64,000 bases of DNA from an uncultured Solirubrobacteraceae bacterium (GCA_963844155.1 CAWJMY010000001.1:692200-756199), one strand, 5' to 3'. Positions 29,664 through 43,001 are shown, counted from the first letter of the stretch. A program made the numbers and translations. Notes: generated from the letters alone by a model not told the origin.

Positions 29664-30974
29664 ATGCCGGGGCAGGTTCCCCTCCCCGGGGGATGGAGGG
29701 CGAGCGGCGACGCGCCGATCCTCCTCATGCCGCGTCGGTCGCCCACGACCACCGCGCATCCCACCCGACGCGAATCGAGCCCAGTGCACGCACCGCCAGC
29801 CGTCCACCCCGGCCCCTCGCCGGGCGCCCCGCCGTCCCCGGGCATCGCCTGGGCACCGGCCGAAGCCGTCCGCCTGCTCGACTGCGCGCTCGACGCGATC
29901 GTGGGCTGCGCCCCCGACGGGACCATCCGCTTCTTCAACACCGCAGCGGAGCGTCTCTACGGCCGGGCGCGCGTCGAGGTCCTCGGCGCGCCGCTCGCGC
30001 TCCTGTTCGACCCGGCCCAGGGCGGCGCCGACACCGCCGCGGCACGCCACGTCCTCGGGGGCGGTGGCGTCCCGCACCGCGAGTCGGTGCACGCCCACGC
30101 CGACGGCTCCCCCATCGAGGTGTCCGTCACCTTCTCCCCCCTCCCGGGCGCCGACGGCGGCGTCGGAGGCTGCTCGCTCGTGGTCCGGGACGTCGCCGCG
30201 CGCCGGCTCGTCGAGCGTGAGCTCGCGCGGACCAGGCAGCTGCTGGAGGAGCATGCCGTGGAGCTCACGCGATCCAACGCCGACCTCGAGCAGTTCGCCT
30301 ACGTCGCCTCGCACGACCTCTCCGAGCCCCTGCGGACGATCACCGGCATGCTCTCCCTGCTCGAGCAGGAGACGGCCGGGCGGCTCGCCCCGGACGCCCT
30401 GGACTACATCCGGCGGGCCGTGTCCGGCGCCGAGCGGATGCGCAGGCTGATCGACGACCTCCTGCGCTTCGGTCGGGTGGGGCGCGCCGTGCCCGCTCGC
30501 GAGCCCGTGGAGCTCGAGGCGGTCCTCGCCGCGGCGGTCGAGAGCCTGGGCGCGGCCGTCCGCCCGGCTTGCACGGTCGTGGCGACGACGCCGCTGCCCG
30601 TGGTCACGGGTGACCGCGACGCCCTGCGGCAGGTGCTCGAGAACCTCATCTCGAACGGCTTGAAGTTCGGCTCCGGCCCCGGTCCACGGGTCGAGGTGAG
30701 CGCACGGCGCGGGCAAGGCGCCTGGGAGATCACCGTCGCCGACGACGGGATCGGCATCCCGCCACGGCACGCGACCCGGGTCTTCGAGGTCTTCAAGCGC
30801 CTGCACACCCGCGACGCCTACGAGGGCACGGGCATCGGACTGGCCATCGTCCAGCGCCTCGTCGAGCGCGGTGGGGGACGCGCCTGGGTCGAGGCGCACG
30901 ACGGCCCGGGGGCCCGCCTGACCTTCAGCGTGCCCGACGACCAGCCCACGGAGGCGGCGACGTGCACTCGGTGA
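29664..30974 (+). CDS. PAS sensor histidine kinase, Cph1-like kinase core (start uncertain)
   Basis: [18 protein letters not shown]-box, [26 protein letters not shown]. Confidence 0.9.
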   Translation: MPGQVPLPGGWRASGDAPILLMPRRSPTTTAHPTRRESSPVHAPPAVHPGPSPGAPPSPGIAWAPAEAVRLLDCALDAIVGCAPDGTIRFFNTAAERLYGRARVEVLGAPLALLFDPAQGGADTAAARHVLGGGGVPHRESVHAHADGSPIEVSVTFSPLPGADGGVGGCSLVVRDVAARRLVERELARTRQLLEEHAVELTRSNADLEQFAYVASHDLSEPLRTITGMLSLLEQETAGRLAPDALDYIRRAVSGAERMRRLIDDLLRFGRVGRAVPAREPVELEAVLAAAVESLGAAVRPACTVVATTPLPVVTGDRDALRQVLENLISNGLKFGSGPGPRVEVSARRGQGAWEITVADDGIGIPPRHATRVFEVFKRLHTRDAYEGTGIGLAIVQRLVERGGGRAWVEAHDGPGARLTFSVPDDQPTEAATCTR

Positions 30975-31411
30975 CGCCGGCCCACATCCTGCTCGTCGAG
31001 GACAACGAGGACGAGGTCCTGCTCACCCGGAAGGCGCTGGAGCATGCGCGGTTCATGAACACCCTGTCCGTCGCACGCGACGGCGAGGAGGCCCTGCAGT
31101 ACCTCCGCGGCGAGCTCGAGCACGAGACCCCTCGACCCGACCTCGTCCTGCTCGACCTGAACCTCCCGAAGAAGGACGGCCGCGAGGTGCTCGAGGAGAT
31201 CAAGGGGGATCCGACCCTGCGACAGATCCCGGTCGTCGTCCTGACCACGTCGGCCGAGGAGCGGGACATCATCCGCGCCTACGACGCCCACGTGAACGCC
31301 TACGTCACCAAGCCCCTGCAGTTCGAGGAGTTCGTCAGCGCCGTGCACTCCATCGAGGCCTTCTGGTTCGCGGTGGTCAAGCTCCCCGGAACGCCCGGGG
31401 AGGAGGGCTGA
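30962..31411 (+). CDS. Rcp1-like single-domain response regulator
   Basis: [34 protein letters not shown]. Confidence 0.9.
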   Translation: MHSVTPAHILLVEDNEDEVLLTRKALEHARFMNTLSVARDGEEALQYLRGELEHETPRPDLVLLDLNLPKKDGREVLEEIKGDPTLRQIPVVVLTTSAEERDIIRAYDAHVNAYVTKPLQFEEFVSAVHSIEAFWFAVVKLPGTPGEEG

Positions 31412-31412
31412 G

Positions 31413-34282
31413 ATGGCCACCCAGGTGCTGGCACCGACGCTCGAGCTGCTGCTCGTCGAGGACAACGAGGACGACGCGCTGCTGCTCCGTCGGCGGCTGG
31501 ACCCGCGGGCGTTCGCCTGCACGCACGTCTCGACCCTGGAGGAGGCGGTGCACGTCCTCGCCTCGGGAGCTCCGATCGGCTGCGTGCTGCTGGATCTCTC
31601 GCTCCCCGACGCCGACGGCATGGAGGGCCTCGAGCGCCTCCAGGAGGTGGCGCCGGGGGTCCCGGTGGTCGTCCTGACGGGGAACGCGGACGAGGCCGTC
31701 GGGCTGACCGCCATGGGGATGGGGGCCCAGGACTACCTCGTCAAGGGCGTCGGCGACGACGATGCCGTGCCGCGCGCCGTGCGCTACAGCGTCGAGCGGA
31801 GCCGCACCGAGGCGGCACTGGAGGAGGTCCATGCGCGCTTCCAGCAGGCCTTCGAGGACGGCCCCCTCGGGATCGTGCTGGTCACCCGCGACCATCACGA
31901 GACGCGGGTCATCGAGGCCAACGCCCACATGGAGGAGATCCTCGGACAGCCCGCCGGGCAGCTCGTCGGGCGCCGGTTCGAGGAGTTCACCCACTGGCAG
32001 GACCGCACGGTGCAGGCCGATGCCGTCGCCACGGTCTTCGACGGCCGACGGCTCCGGCATCGTGGGGAGTGGCGCCTCCTGCGACAGGACGGGAGCGTCG
32101 TGTGGTGCCGCGTCTCGGGCTCGGCGATCCACGACGCGTCCGGCAGACCGCTCTACGGCATCTTCCTCCTCGACGACGTCACGGACCACAAGCTCCAGCG
32201 CGAGGCGCTGCACGAGGCGCACGTCGCGCTCGACGCCGCCGTCCTCGGGATCGTCCTGATCGATCGCAGCGGTCGCTGCCGGACCGCCAACCGGTTCTAC
32301 GCGCGGGCGACGGGCTACCCGCAGGACGAGCTGCTCGGCCTGCCCTGGACCGTCACGGTGCACCGGGACGACCGCGAGCGCGTGGCTGCCGCGATGGCCG
32401 AGGCGGCCGAAGGAGGGCCGGTCGCCGTCGAGGTGCGTGGGCTGCGCAAGGACGGCTCCTCCTTCGACCAGGAGATCGTCGTGGCCCCGAACCGGAGCAG
32501 TGACGGTGGGCTCGCCGGTCTCTTCTTCTTCATGCGCGACGTCTCCGAGAGGCGTAGCGCACAACGGGCGCTCGAGGAGAGCGAGGTCCGCTTCCGGCGC
32601 ATCATCGAGACGGCGAACGACGGTGTCTGGGTCGTGGGCGCAGACGACGTGACGACGTTCGTCAACCCTCGCATGGCCGAGCTGCTGGGGCACACGCCAC
32701 ACCAGATGGTCGGCCGGCCCTTCTCGGACTTCCTCGGCGCCGGCGAGCAGAGGCGCACGATCGCGGAGCTGCACCACCAGTTCGGCACGGACGGCAAGCC
32801 GGACGTCGGCTTCCACCGCGCCGACGGCTCGACGCTCTGGGCCATGGTCTCGACCGCACCGATGCGTGGCGCCGACGGGGGCACGCTCGCGATGGTCAGC
32901 GACACCACGGAGCGCAAGCTCGCGGAAGAGCAGGTGGCCCGCCTGGTCCTCTACGACGGCTGACCGGGCTGCCGAATCGCGCGCTCCTGGACGACCGGCT
33001 GGGCCACGCACTGCGCTCGGCGGAGCGGAGGGACGGCCTCGTCGGCGTGATGTTCCTGGACCTCGACGGGTTCAAGACCGTCAACGACGGCTTCGGGCAC
33101 AGCATCGGCGACGAGCTGCTGCGCGCGGTGGTGCCCCGCCTGCAGGCCGCCGTGCGCAACGGGGACACCGTGGGGCGCTTCGGCGGGGATGAGTTCATCG
33201 TGGTCTTCGAGGACCTCGACGACGTGGACACCGCCGTGCGGGTCGCCCAGCGCATCCTCCTGGCGCTCGGGAAGCCGTTCGACCTCTCCGTCGGGGGCGT
33301 CACGACCTCCGCGAGCATCGGGCTCAGCCTCTCGCGGTCGAGCGGGACGGAGGCCGAAGCCCTCCTCCGCGACGCGGACACCGCGATGTACCGCGCCAAG
33401 AAGGCCGGCGGCGGCAGGGTCGAGATCTTCGACGCGGCCATGCGCGGCGACCTGGTGGCGGAGCTCTCGCTCGAGCAGGACCTGCGCCGCGCCCTGGGCA
33501 CGGAGCAGCTCAGCCTGCACTTCCAGCCCAAGCTGACCCTCCCCGACGAGCGCATCACGGGCTTCGAGGCGCTGCTGCGCTGGAACCACCCGACGCGGGG
33601 CATGGTGCCCCCTGCGGACTTCATCCGCATCGCGGAGCACTCGAGCCTCATCGTGGACCTCGGGTCGTGGGTCCTGCGCGAGGCCTGCCGGCAAGTTCGG
33701 CGCTGGGGCGACCGACCCTGGGCCCACGTGGCCGTGAACGTCTCGGCCAGGGAGATCGACCAGCCCGGCTTCGTCGATCGGGTCCGCGGAGTCCTCGAGG
33801 AGACGGGCGTGGCGGCGGAGCGCATCGAGCTCGAGATCACGGAGACCGTCCTCTTCCACCAGGACCCGGCCGTCACGGCCACGGCCCTCGGCCGGCTGCG
33901 GGAGCTCGGCGTCCGTGTCGTCCTCGACGACTTCGGGAAGGGCTACTCGTCGCTGAGCTACCTCGAGCGCTTCCCCCTCGCGGGGCTGAAGCTCGATCGC
34001 ATGTTCATCTCGGGCTTCACCCCGGCCGACCCGACCGAGCGACCGATCATCGAGGCCGTGGTCGCCATGGCGCACGCCCTCGGGCTGACGCTCGTCGGGG
34101 AGGGCGTCGAGACCGTCGACCAGGGCTTGCTGCTCGCCGGGCTCGGCTGCGACCAGGCGCAGGGCTGGCTCTTCGGCCGGGCGATGCCGGCGGGCGAGGT
34201 CGAGTCGTGGGTCGCACCGCGGCAGAAACGCCTCGGGACGGCCGTGGAGTCCGTGGCGACACAGCCCCCTCCGGAGCGTTGA
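31413..34282 (+). CDS. REC-PAS-PAS-PAS-GGDEF-EAL protein (frameshift near 32960)
   Basis: ORFs 31413..32963 and 33047..34282 join through LTGLPNR; intact GGDEF, EALLRW, DDFGKG, EGVE. Confidence 0.85.
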
Positions 34283-34843
34283 CCCTCGGCGAGGCCGCAG
34301 CCGCCCTCGGGGTCTCCACGAGCACGCTGCAGCGCTGGGCCGATGACGGTCGCGTGGCGGTGCAGCACACGGAGGGCAGCCACCGGCGCTTCGCCGTCGC
34401 CGACCTCAAGGGCCTGACCCCGACGCTCTCGCGCCCCCGCCTGCTCGTCAGCAAAGCCCCGAACCGGCGGTCCCGTGCCTGGCGGACGCGCTGGACGCCC
34501 ACGGGAAGCGCATCGTCGACGGGGTCGTCAGCCACCTCTACGAGCGTCCGTCGGGCGGCTGGTTCTCCTCGGACCGCGCCCGATGCCCCGTCGCGCGCTG
34601 GCTGGCCGCGCTGACGTCATCCTGCCGCGACGGCGAGTGGGGCCCCACACGCAGGAGACCGCCACGCTCGTCGCACGGCGGAGGTGGGCGGGGCCTCGCT
34701 GCTCGATTGCTCCCTCTTCCTCGAACGGTTCGCGGCCACGATCCTGCCGGTCCTCAAGGGGATCCGGCATCTCCCAGGCCGAGGCGGTGGATGCACGTCG
34801 CGCGCTCGCGCTGGTCGGGCAAGTGGTCCTGGAGGATCGATGA
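34279..34843 (+). CDS. MerR/excisionase HTH plus helical domain, probably the frameshifted C-terminus of the EAL protein
   Basis: LTLGEAAAALGVSTSTLQRWADDG...GSHRRF; homologous to the in-frame C-terminus of ORF 43399..45558. Confidence 0.65.
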
Positions 34844-35559
34844 CCCGACCGTCCGCGCAGGTCGGGGCGAGCCAGGAGCAGGCCCTGCAGGTCGCCGCAC
34901 AGCGCTACCTCCGGGCCATACTGGACAGCGATCGCGCCACGACGAAGGAGGTGGTCGAGGAGGCACTGCAGGCCGGCGTGCCGTGACCACCGTCTCCGAG
35001 GCGGTCCTCGGACACGCCATGCAGGACGTCGGTCGCGTGGGCGACCCAGGAGCTGGGCATCGCCGACGAGCACATGGCCAGCGAGATCACCGCCGCCGTC
35101 ATCGTCGAGGTGGACCCTCCCGGCCGGGCTCTGCCGCACACGGCACCCCTGGCCGTCGTCGCCTGCGTCGCCCCGGAGCGCCACACCCTCGGGGCGCAAG
35201 CACTCCAGGCACTGCTCGCCTCGCAGGAGTGGCGCGTCGCCTTCCTCGGTGCGGAGACGCCCGTCGGGTTCCTGGTGGACTTCGTCGCGTTCCGCGCGCC
35301 GAAGGTGGTCCTGCTCTCCGTCAAGAGCCCGGAAGCCGTCCCAGCCGCGCGCTCACCGCGACCCAACGCCTGGAGGCGCTCCACAGCCGCCGCTCGCGGT
35401 GCTGCGGCGAGGCCGCGGTCCGGCGCGGCGTCGAGCGCGGCTCGGGATGCCTTCGACCTCGTCACGGACGACATGGTCGAGGCGTCGGGCTGGCTGGCCG
35501 AACGTCGCGACGCCTGGCCCGGAGCCCGTGCGTCGCCGCGGGCCGCTCCCGCCGGGTAG
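34840..35559 (+). CDS. Cobalamin-binding domain protein, CarH/LitR-type (frameshifts near 34983 and 35037)
   Basis: GGAGG RBS and ATGA coupling; reconstructed W-ATQELGIAD-EH (Wx9EH) and ERHTLG (ExHxxG), FLGAETP. Confidence 0.7.
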
Positions 35560-35741
35560 TGGAGCAGGCCCGTACGGCGGCAGTCCTGCAGCGCGTGGTA
35601 GGCGATGGGAGGTTGGCGGCGATGGGCGCCGGTGGCGGCCGCGAACCGTGCGGGGCGGCCCGGAGGGCGCCGAACCCCTGGCGGGCTCGCCGAACCTCCC
35701 GGAGGGTACGGCGAGCGGCCGCTGGATCCGAGCCAGGGAAG

Positions 35742-36966
35742 ATGAGCATCCCGAACACCACCGCCCCGGATCGATCGAGGGCAGCCCGGGTCCCGCGCGG
35801 GTGCTCGTCGTCGCCGCCCACGACATCTTCGCCATGGCGCTCTCCACGCGGACTCGGCCGCGATCCTGCGCTTCGAGCTCGTGGCCTTCGCCCGCAGCCT
35901 GTCCGCCGCCCTCGACGAGCTGGCCCCGGCGACGCGGACCTCGTCGTCGTCGGCCTGCACCACCTCCGACAGGGGGCTGGAAGGCGGTCGCCCGTGCCCG
36001 CACTGGCGCAGGATCCGGGTGTCCGCGTCGTCGCGATCTCGGGCCAGGCCGAGATCGAGAACGCGGTTGTCGAGCTGGAGTGGGGATGCCTGCGGCTCAG
36101 TCCAAATGAACGCCCTGGCCGGCCGCGCGCGAGGCGCTGCTCCAGGCGCTGTCGCGTCGCCCGGGGAACGACGGCCCCCCGCGTGAGGTCGCAGCGTCCA
36201 CGGCGACGCCGCACCCGACGCCCGACGCGGCGGCAGGGGAGCGCGACGAGCTCGAGCGCGCCGCGCTGCGCCGGGTCGTCGAAGGCAGGCTGCTCGACGT
36301 GGAGTGGCAACCCGTCGCGGACCTGGGCACGGGCCGGATCGTGGCGGCGGAGGCGCTCTGCGCTTCGCGACGCCACGCTCGGAGAACCGCCGCCTGGTTC
36401 CGGGCGGCGGAGCGCCTCGGCCTCGCGGCCGAGCTCGAGCTCTGCGCCGCGCAAATCGCAGTGGCCTGCGTCGACGCGCTGCCCGAGGACGTGCTCATGT
36501 CGATCAACGCCGCACCCGCGACGCTGCTCAACCCACGCTTCGACGCCGTGATCGCGCCGGTCCTGCCCCGCCTCGTGATCGAGATGATCGAGCGCGCGCC
36601 CGTCGAGGACTCCACGACGCTGGCCGCGCGCCTGGTGGAGTGGCGCGGCGAGGGCGGGCGGCTCGCCATCGACGACACGGGGGCGGGCGTCGCCTCGCTG
36701 CGCCACATCCTCGAGCTCAACCCGGACTTCATCAAGCTCGACCGTGTCCTCATCGACACCATCGATCGTGATCACCGGCGGCGGGCGCTCGTGGCCGCGG
36801 CGTGGCCTTCGCCCGGAGATCGAGCCGGCGTGATCGCGGAGGGGGTCGGACGGAGGCCGAGTCGAGGCGCTCCGCGCTCGGCGTGCCCTTCGGCCAGGCT
36901 GGCTGCTCGCCCGTCCGCAGCCCCTGGAGCGGGGCGACTTCGTCAAGGCGGTGGCGTTTCCCCTGA
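35742..36966 (+). pseudogene. Degenerate REC + EAL protein with multiple frameshifts
   Basis: Fragments RVLVVAAHDIF, VRVVAISG, WQPVADL, AEAL, IDDTGAG, FIKLDR, IAEGV. Confidence 0.55.
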
Positions 36967-37035
36967 CGGCGCGACCCGGCGCCCCCAAAGCGCTCGGAAG
37001 CGGCCACCGCGCCGCCCCGCAGCTTCCTCGATCGC

Positions 37036-37974
37036 GTGATGGGGTGCGCGACGCGGCGGACCACGTCGTCGCCGTGGTGTCGGCGACGCTCCGACGCGGC
37101 GGTCCGCGGCGCATTCCTCGACACGTCGCGCGCCCGCTGGCGGGTCATCAGCTCCGGGGGTCCGGGTGCACTGGGTGCGGCGCGCAGCGTCCCGCTGGAC
37201 CAGGCGCCCTGCCCGCGCGTGGCCACGGGCGAGCTGCCGGTCCTCGGCGACGGGGTGGCGGCGGATCCGGTCGCAGCGACACTCGGGCTCCTCCGCGCCG
37301 CCGCCGCCCAGAGCTACGCGTGCGGCATCGTCGAGCTGGCGTCGGGCGTTCCGGCACTCAGCCTGCTCGTCACGGCGCCGACTCCCGGCGCCCTGACCGC
37401 TCCGGAGCACGACCTGGTCAGTGCTGGCGCCCGGGTCCTGGTCGCGGCCCTCCGTCGCGAGACGGCGGGCTCGGCGAAGGAGGACATCGCCGAACGCCTG
37501 AGGACGGTCGCGACCGTCGACCCCGTCTCCATGGTGCTGCGCGGCCGCGCGTGGCAGACGGAGGTGCAGGAGACCCTCCGGCGCCGGGTCCCGACCTCCG
37601 GTCCCAGCATGCTGGTGGTGCTGCGACTGGAGGGACTCGAAGGGATCCGCCGCCTCCACGGTGCGATGAAAGCCGACCTGCTGCTGCGCAACTGCGCGCG
37701 CACGATCCGTGACGCGTCGCAGCCGACCGACCTGGTCGGCCGCCTCGACGACGACCACTTCGCGGTCCTGCTGACGGGGTGGGCGACGGATGCCGCGCTC
37801 GCGGGGGTGACCTCGGCGATCACGCGGGGTGTCGCGAGATCGGCAGCATCCACGACTGCGGCCTCACGGCGAGCGTCCGAGCGCACGCCATCGGCGGCGA
37901 GGGCTGGCGCGCAACGCTCGACGCGGTGGTGGACGGTCGTGGAGCTGAGCACGCCGATGGCGGGGAGGTCCTGA
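37036..37974 (+). CDS. GAF-like plus degenerate GGDEF domain (possibly a continuation of the upstream gene)
   Basis: ADLLLRNCAR...DLVGRLDDDHFAVLL in place of GGDEF. Confidence 0.5.
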   Translation: MMGCATRRTTSSPWCRRRSDAAVRGAFLDTSRARWRVISSGGPGALGAARSVPLDQAPCPRVATGELPVLGDGVAADPVAATLGLLRAAAAQSYACGIVELASGVPALSLLVTAPTPGALTAPEHDLVSAGARVLVAALRRETAGSAKEDIAERLRTVATVDPVSMVLRGRAWQTEVQETLRRRVPTSGPSMLVVLRLEGLEGIRRLHGAMKADLLLRNCARTIRDASQPTDLVGRLDDDHFAVLLTGWATDAALAGVTSAITRGVARSAASTTAASRRASERTPSAARAGAQRSTRWWTVVELSTPMAGRS

Positions 37975-38156
37975 CGAGGGTCCTGCGAGAGCGGGAGCCC
38001 GACCTTGACGACCACGTCCGCAGCGTCGCCGCGCTCGTTGTGCCGGGTGTGGTGGACTTGCCGCCATGGCCCTGCGCTTCCAAAGCAGTCGCGGACCCGT
38101 GGGCACCGGATCCTGGCGCGTCGACGGTCTGGCCGTTGCCTCCCGACCCCGCATGA

Positions 38157-40998
38157 TTGCCCCATGAGCCCCTGCCGCCCCCACCGTCGCGCCGGGCCCT
38201 GATGCGGCTCCGTGGCGCGGCGCAGGCGTCGTCCCGGCTCGCGGAGCTGGGCGTCGCCGGGGTCGAGCGGCTCTCGCTTGTGGTGTTCGACCGCGACCTG
38301 CGCATCGTCGCGGTGCAGGGAGCAGCGGCCGAGCGCCACGGCCATCCCGCGGAGCGCATCATCGGCCGTCGGGTCCCCGACGTCCTGCCCGCGCCGGTCT
38401 GGGCCCGCTGGCCCCGCTGTACGAGCGCGCCCTCGACGGCGCCACGCTCGTCGTGCGGCTGCCGACCGCGGACGGAAGCGCCGTCTTCGAGACCTCCTTC
38501 CAACCCGTCCTGGACGACGAGGAGGTCATCGGGGGGACCGCGACCTCCTTCGACGTCACCGCCACGGTCGCGGCGGAGGAGCGCCTGCGCCGCTCCGAGC
38601 ATGACTTCCGCCTGCTCGCCGAGCGCTCGACGGACATGATCACGCGGACCACGCCAGATGGCACCGTGCTCTACGTCTCGCCCGCCGCCCGGATCGTCCT
38701 CGGGCTCGAACCGGCCACGTTCACCCACCAGGACGCCTGGTGGGCGCTCGTCGACGCCCGGGACCGCCCCAGGTTGGAGGCGGTCTGGCCCGGCTGGTGA
38801 CCGAGCAGCCGGCCACCTGGGCCGAGTACCGCGTCCGGCGCCCGGACGGCACGTCGGCCTGGCTGCAGTCGGACCTGCGGGTGGTGCGGACGCCCGTGAC
38901 GGGCCGCGTCATCGAGGTCCACGGCTCCTCCCGCGACGTGAGCGCCCGCAAGGCCGGCGAGACGTCCGAGCGCCGTGCCGTCGAGCGCTTCGAGCAGTCC
39001 TTCGTCGAGGCGCCCGTGGGGATGCTCCTCGTCGCCGACGGCCAGATCCTGCGCGCCAACCGGGCCATCGCCGCGCTGGTGGGCGTGGAGACCGAGGCGC
39101 TCGTCGGCCGGCGCCCGCGGGAGTTCGTCCATGCGGACGACCGCGAGCTCGTCCCCCCGGCCACGGCGGTCAACGGGCAGGAGCTGCGCATGGTCGCGCC
39201 GGACGGCCGCACCCTGCGCCTGCGCCTGCAGACCTCCGACCTCCCCGCCGAGGGGCAGCGGCTGACCCTCGTCCACGCGCTCGACGTGACGGACCGCCAC
39301 GACGCGATGCGCGAGCTCGACGCGACGCGCCGCCTCTTCGAGACGACGTTCCAGCACGCGCCGACGGGCTACCTGGTGGCGGAGTCCGCGGGCGACGACC
39401 CGACGGTCCTGCGGTGCAACGAGGCGTTCGCACGGATGGTGGGTGCGGCGCCGGGAGACGTCGTCGGGCGCGGCGCCCGTGGCTTCGTCCACCCCGACGA
39501 CGCGCTGCCGGGCCGGCGGATGTTCACCGACGTCCGCGCCGGGCGCCCGGCCGCCACCGAGCTGCGGCTGTGCCACCGGGACGGCTCAGCGGTGTGGGCG
39601 CGGGTGGAGCCCGTCGCGCTGACGGGCCCCACCGGGGAGCCCCTGCTGCTCCTGCAGGTCCAGGACATCACGGAGCGCAAGCGCTTCGAGGGGCAGCTGC
39701 GTCACCTCGCCGACGTCGATGCGCTCACGGGCCTGTGCAGCCGCAGCCGCTTCGAGAGCGAGCTCGAGCGCGAGGTGTCGCTCGTGGTCGCCGCCTCGGC
39801 GGGCAGGCCTGCCTGCTGCTGCTCGACCTGGACGGCTTCAAGGACGTCAACGACGCCTTCGGGCACTCCGTCGGCGACGAGCTGCTCGCCCGCGTCGGCG
39901 CGGCCCTCCGCCGGAAGCTGCGCCCCAGCGACCTCGTCGCCCGGCTCGGCGGGGACGAGTTCGCCGTGGTGCTGCGCGGGACGGACCTCGAGACGGGGCG
40001 CGGCCTGGCGGCCGTGCTGGTCGAGGCGGTGCGCGAGGAGGGTCGCGTGGTCCGCGACGGACGCCACGCCGAAGTCACCGCCTCGGTCGGGCTGACCACC
40101 CTCGGCGGGCACGGGGACCGCGACGCGGAGGGGCTGCTGGTCGAGGCGGACATCGCGATGTACGAGGCCAAGGACGCGGGCAAGGACGCCGTGGTCGCCT
40201 ACGAGCACGGTGACCGTCGCCGCGAGGAGGTCAGCTCGCGCGCGGGGCTGACGGGCCGCCTGCGGCGGGCGCTGCTCGAGGACGCACTTCGTGCTGCACG
40301 CGCAGCCCGTGATCGCGCTCCAGGACGCGGCGCGCGGCCGCGAGGCCTACGAGCTGCTCCTGCGCCTGCGGTCAGAGGACGGGACGCTGCTGCGCCCCGA
40401 CGCGTTCCTGCAGCACGCCGAGCGGCAGGGCAGGTGGTCGACATCGACCGCTGGGTGCTGCGCCGCGCGGTCGACGCGCTGCACGACGCGGGCCTCGCGG
40501 GCCGGGACCTCTCCCTCGCGGTGAACTTCTCCGCCCGCACGGTGCAGGACCCGCGGATCGTGGAGGACCTCTCCCGGCTGCTGGCCGAGCAGCCGATCCC
40601 CGAGGGCTCGCTGACCATCGAGGTCACCGAGACCGCGGCGATCACCGACGTGGCCCGCGCCGTCGCGCTGGCCCGCCGGCTGCGCGACCTCGGATGCAAG
40701 CTCGCCCTGGACGACTTCGGCGCCGGCTTCGCGAGCTTCTACTACCTCAAGCACCTCGTCTTCGACTTCCTGAAGGTCGACGGCGAGTTCATCGACCGCC
40801 TGCCGAGCTCCGCGACCGACCAGCTCGTGGTCCGCGCCGTGGTCGACATCGCTCGCGGGCTCGGCGCGCAGGTGATCGCGAGCGGGTGGCCGACGACGCG
40901 ACCGTGAAGCTGCTGACGGAGCTGGGAGTCGACTACGGCCAGGGGTACCACCTGGGCCGTCCGCGCACCTGCCCGCGCGTGCGCCGGGCGTGGCATGA
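38157..40998 (+). CDS. Multi-PAS GGDEF-EAL protein, several frameshifts, ends approximate
   Basis: PAS/PAC fragments; DALTGL, DLDGFKDVND, RLGGDEF, YELLLR, EVTET, DDFGAG, KVDG, QGYHLGRP. Confidence 0.75.
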
Positions 40999-41022
40999 CG
41001 GGCGCCGGGTAGTCACGAGCCC

Positions 41023-42904
41023 GTGGCCGCGGGCCAGCAGCAGGCGGAGGACCGCTCGCCGACGTGGACGCTCCCGGCCACGTCGCGCAGCGTCGCGCAG
41101 CTGCGTGCCGCTGCCCGCACCTTCTGCGAGGAGCACGGCGCGGACGTCGAGACGGTGCACCTCGCGATGCTCGCGGTCACCGAGGCGGCGACCAACGCGG
41201 TGGTGCACGCCTTCGTCGACCGGGAGCCGGGCCGGGTGGGCCTGCGCTGCGAGGCCGCGCAAGGCGAGCTGGTCTTCGAGGTGCACGACGACGGCCGCGG
41301 GATGCAGCCGCGCTCGGACTCCCCCGGCCTCGGCATGGGCCTGCCCACCATGGGCAAGGTCGCCGCCCGGATGGACGTGCGCAGCGGCCCGGGGGGCGCG
41401 GGCACCGCGGTGCGCATGGTCTTCCGCGCGCCCGGGGTCACGGGGGACGGCGTCGTCCCGCGAGACGAGGCCGAAAGCCGGCTGCTGGTGGCCGCGAGCG
41501 CGCTCGCGGGCTCCGCCGCCTGGCCGCAGGAGGGCTTCGAGCGGCTCTGCCACCTCGTGCTCGGGCCGTTCGCGGACGTGGCCTGCGTCGACGTGGCCGA
41601 GCACGGGAGCCTCCGGCGCCTGGCCGCCGCCGTGTCCGGGGACGACCAGCTCGGTGCACGACTGCAGGGCGCCGCGCCACCCCTGCCGCCGGGGACGGCG
41701 ACGTGGGCGGCGCTGCGGGGCGGCGGACCGCAGCTCGTGGTCCACGACCCGAGCGTGCCGCGCTCCCCGACCGGGACCGGGCACCTGCTCGGCCTGGGCT
41801 GGTGGCTCGCGGTCCCCCCTCGTGGACGCCTCGGGCGACGTGCTCGCCTGCTGGGGGATGGGCGGACGCGGGGCACGGCCGGTGCCCGACGCCGCCACCC
41901 TCGCGCTCATGGCCGAGGCGGGTGCCCGCGCGGCAGGCGGCCTGGCCAATGCCAACGTCCTGAACGGCATGCAGGCGACCCGGCGGCGGCTCGAGCAGGT
42001 GCTGGCGGCGCTCGGCGAGGCCGTCAGCGTCACGGATCCCGAGGGGCGCTTCGCCTACGCCAACGAGGCGGCCGCCCGGCTCTTCGGCGCCAACAGCCCC
42101 GCCGAGCTGCTCACCCGGCCGTCCGGGAGCTGGCTCGAGCGCTTCACGGCCACCGACGAGCACGGCCGCCCGCTCTCCCCGGACGAGCTGCCGAGCCGGA
42201 AGCTGCACCGGGGGGAGCCCGCCGCGCCCCTGCTGACCCGGAGCGTCGAGCGTGCGACGGGCCGCACGCAGTGGTTGCGCACGACCTCCCGGCGGCTCGA
42301 CGACCCCGACGGACCCCTGGTGGTGAACATCGTCGAGGACGTGACCCAGGCCGTCCAGGGCGAGCACCGGCGACAGACGGCGTTCGACGTGGGCGTCCTG
42401 CTCGACGCGACCGGGGCTGGGACGGACGTGCTGCAGCGGGTCGCGGAGCGCCTCGCCCCGGGCTGGCCGACGGGTGCGCCCTCGACGTGCTCGATCCCGC
42501 CGGCGCGCTGCGCCGGGTGGCCCTGGCCCACCCCGACCGGAGCAGCTCGCGCGCTTGGCGCGCCTGGAGGCGGGGTGGCCGGCGTCGGGGGCCTCGCCCA
42601 GGCTCGCGGTGCTCGGCAGCGGCGCGCCGCTCGTCGTCACCCCCATCACCCCCGCGGTGCTGCGGGCCCACGCCCGGGACCCTGCCCACCTCGAGCTCCT
42701 GCGGGCGATCGCCCCCCGCGCGATGGTGGTCGTGGCGCTGCGCGCCGCGGGCCGCGCCGTCGGGCTGCTCACCCTGTGCCACGACGCCTCGAGGGCCGCT
42801 CTTCGCCCCGGCGGCCCTGGACGGCGCTGCGAACCGGGCCGCCGGATCGCATGGCCGTGGCCCTGGCCCCCGACCACTGGGCGCACCGGCGAGGCCCGGT
42901 CTGA
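41023..42904 (+). CDS. RsbW-like HATPase fused to GAF-PAS-GAF-like domains (frameshifts near 41820 and 42470)
   Basis: TEAATNAVVHA, DDGRG, GLGMGL, then FADVACVDV, YANEAAARLFG, LADGCALDV. Confidence 0.65.
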
Positions 42905-43001
42905 CGCGCGCGTCCCCCCAACCGGGGTACTCACCAGGCGAAGAGGACGTGTCCGTCCGCCGGGGGTTCCCCCGGAGAGGGGATAGCGGCAGCGTGCCAC
43001 G

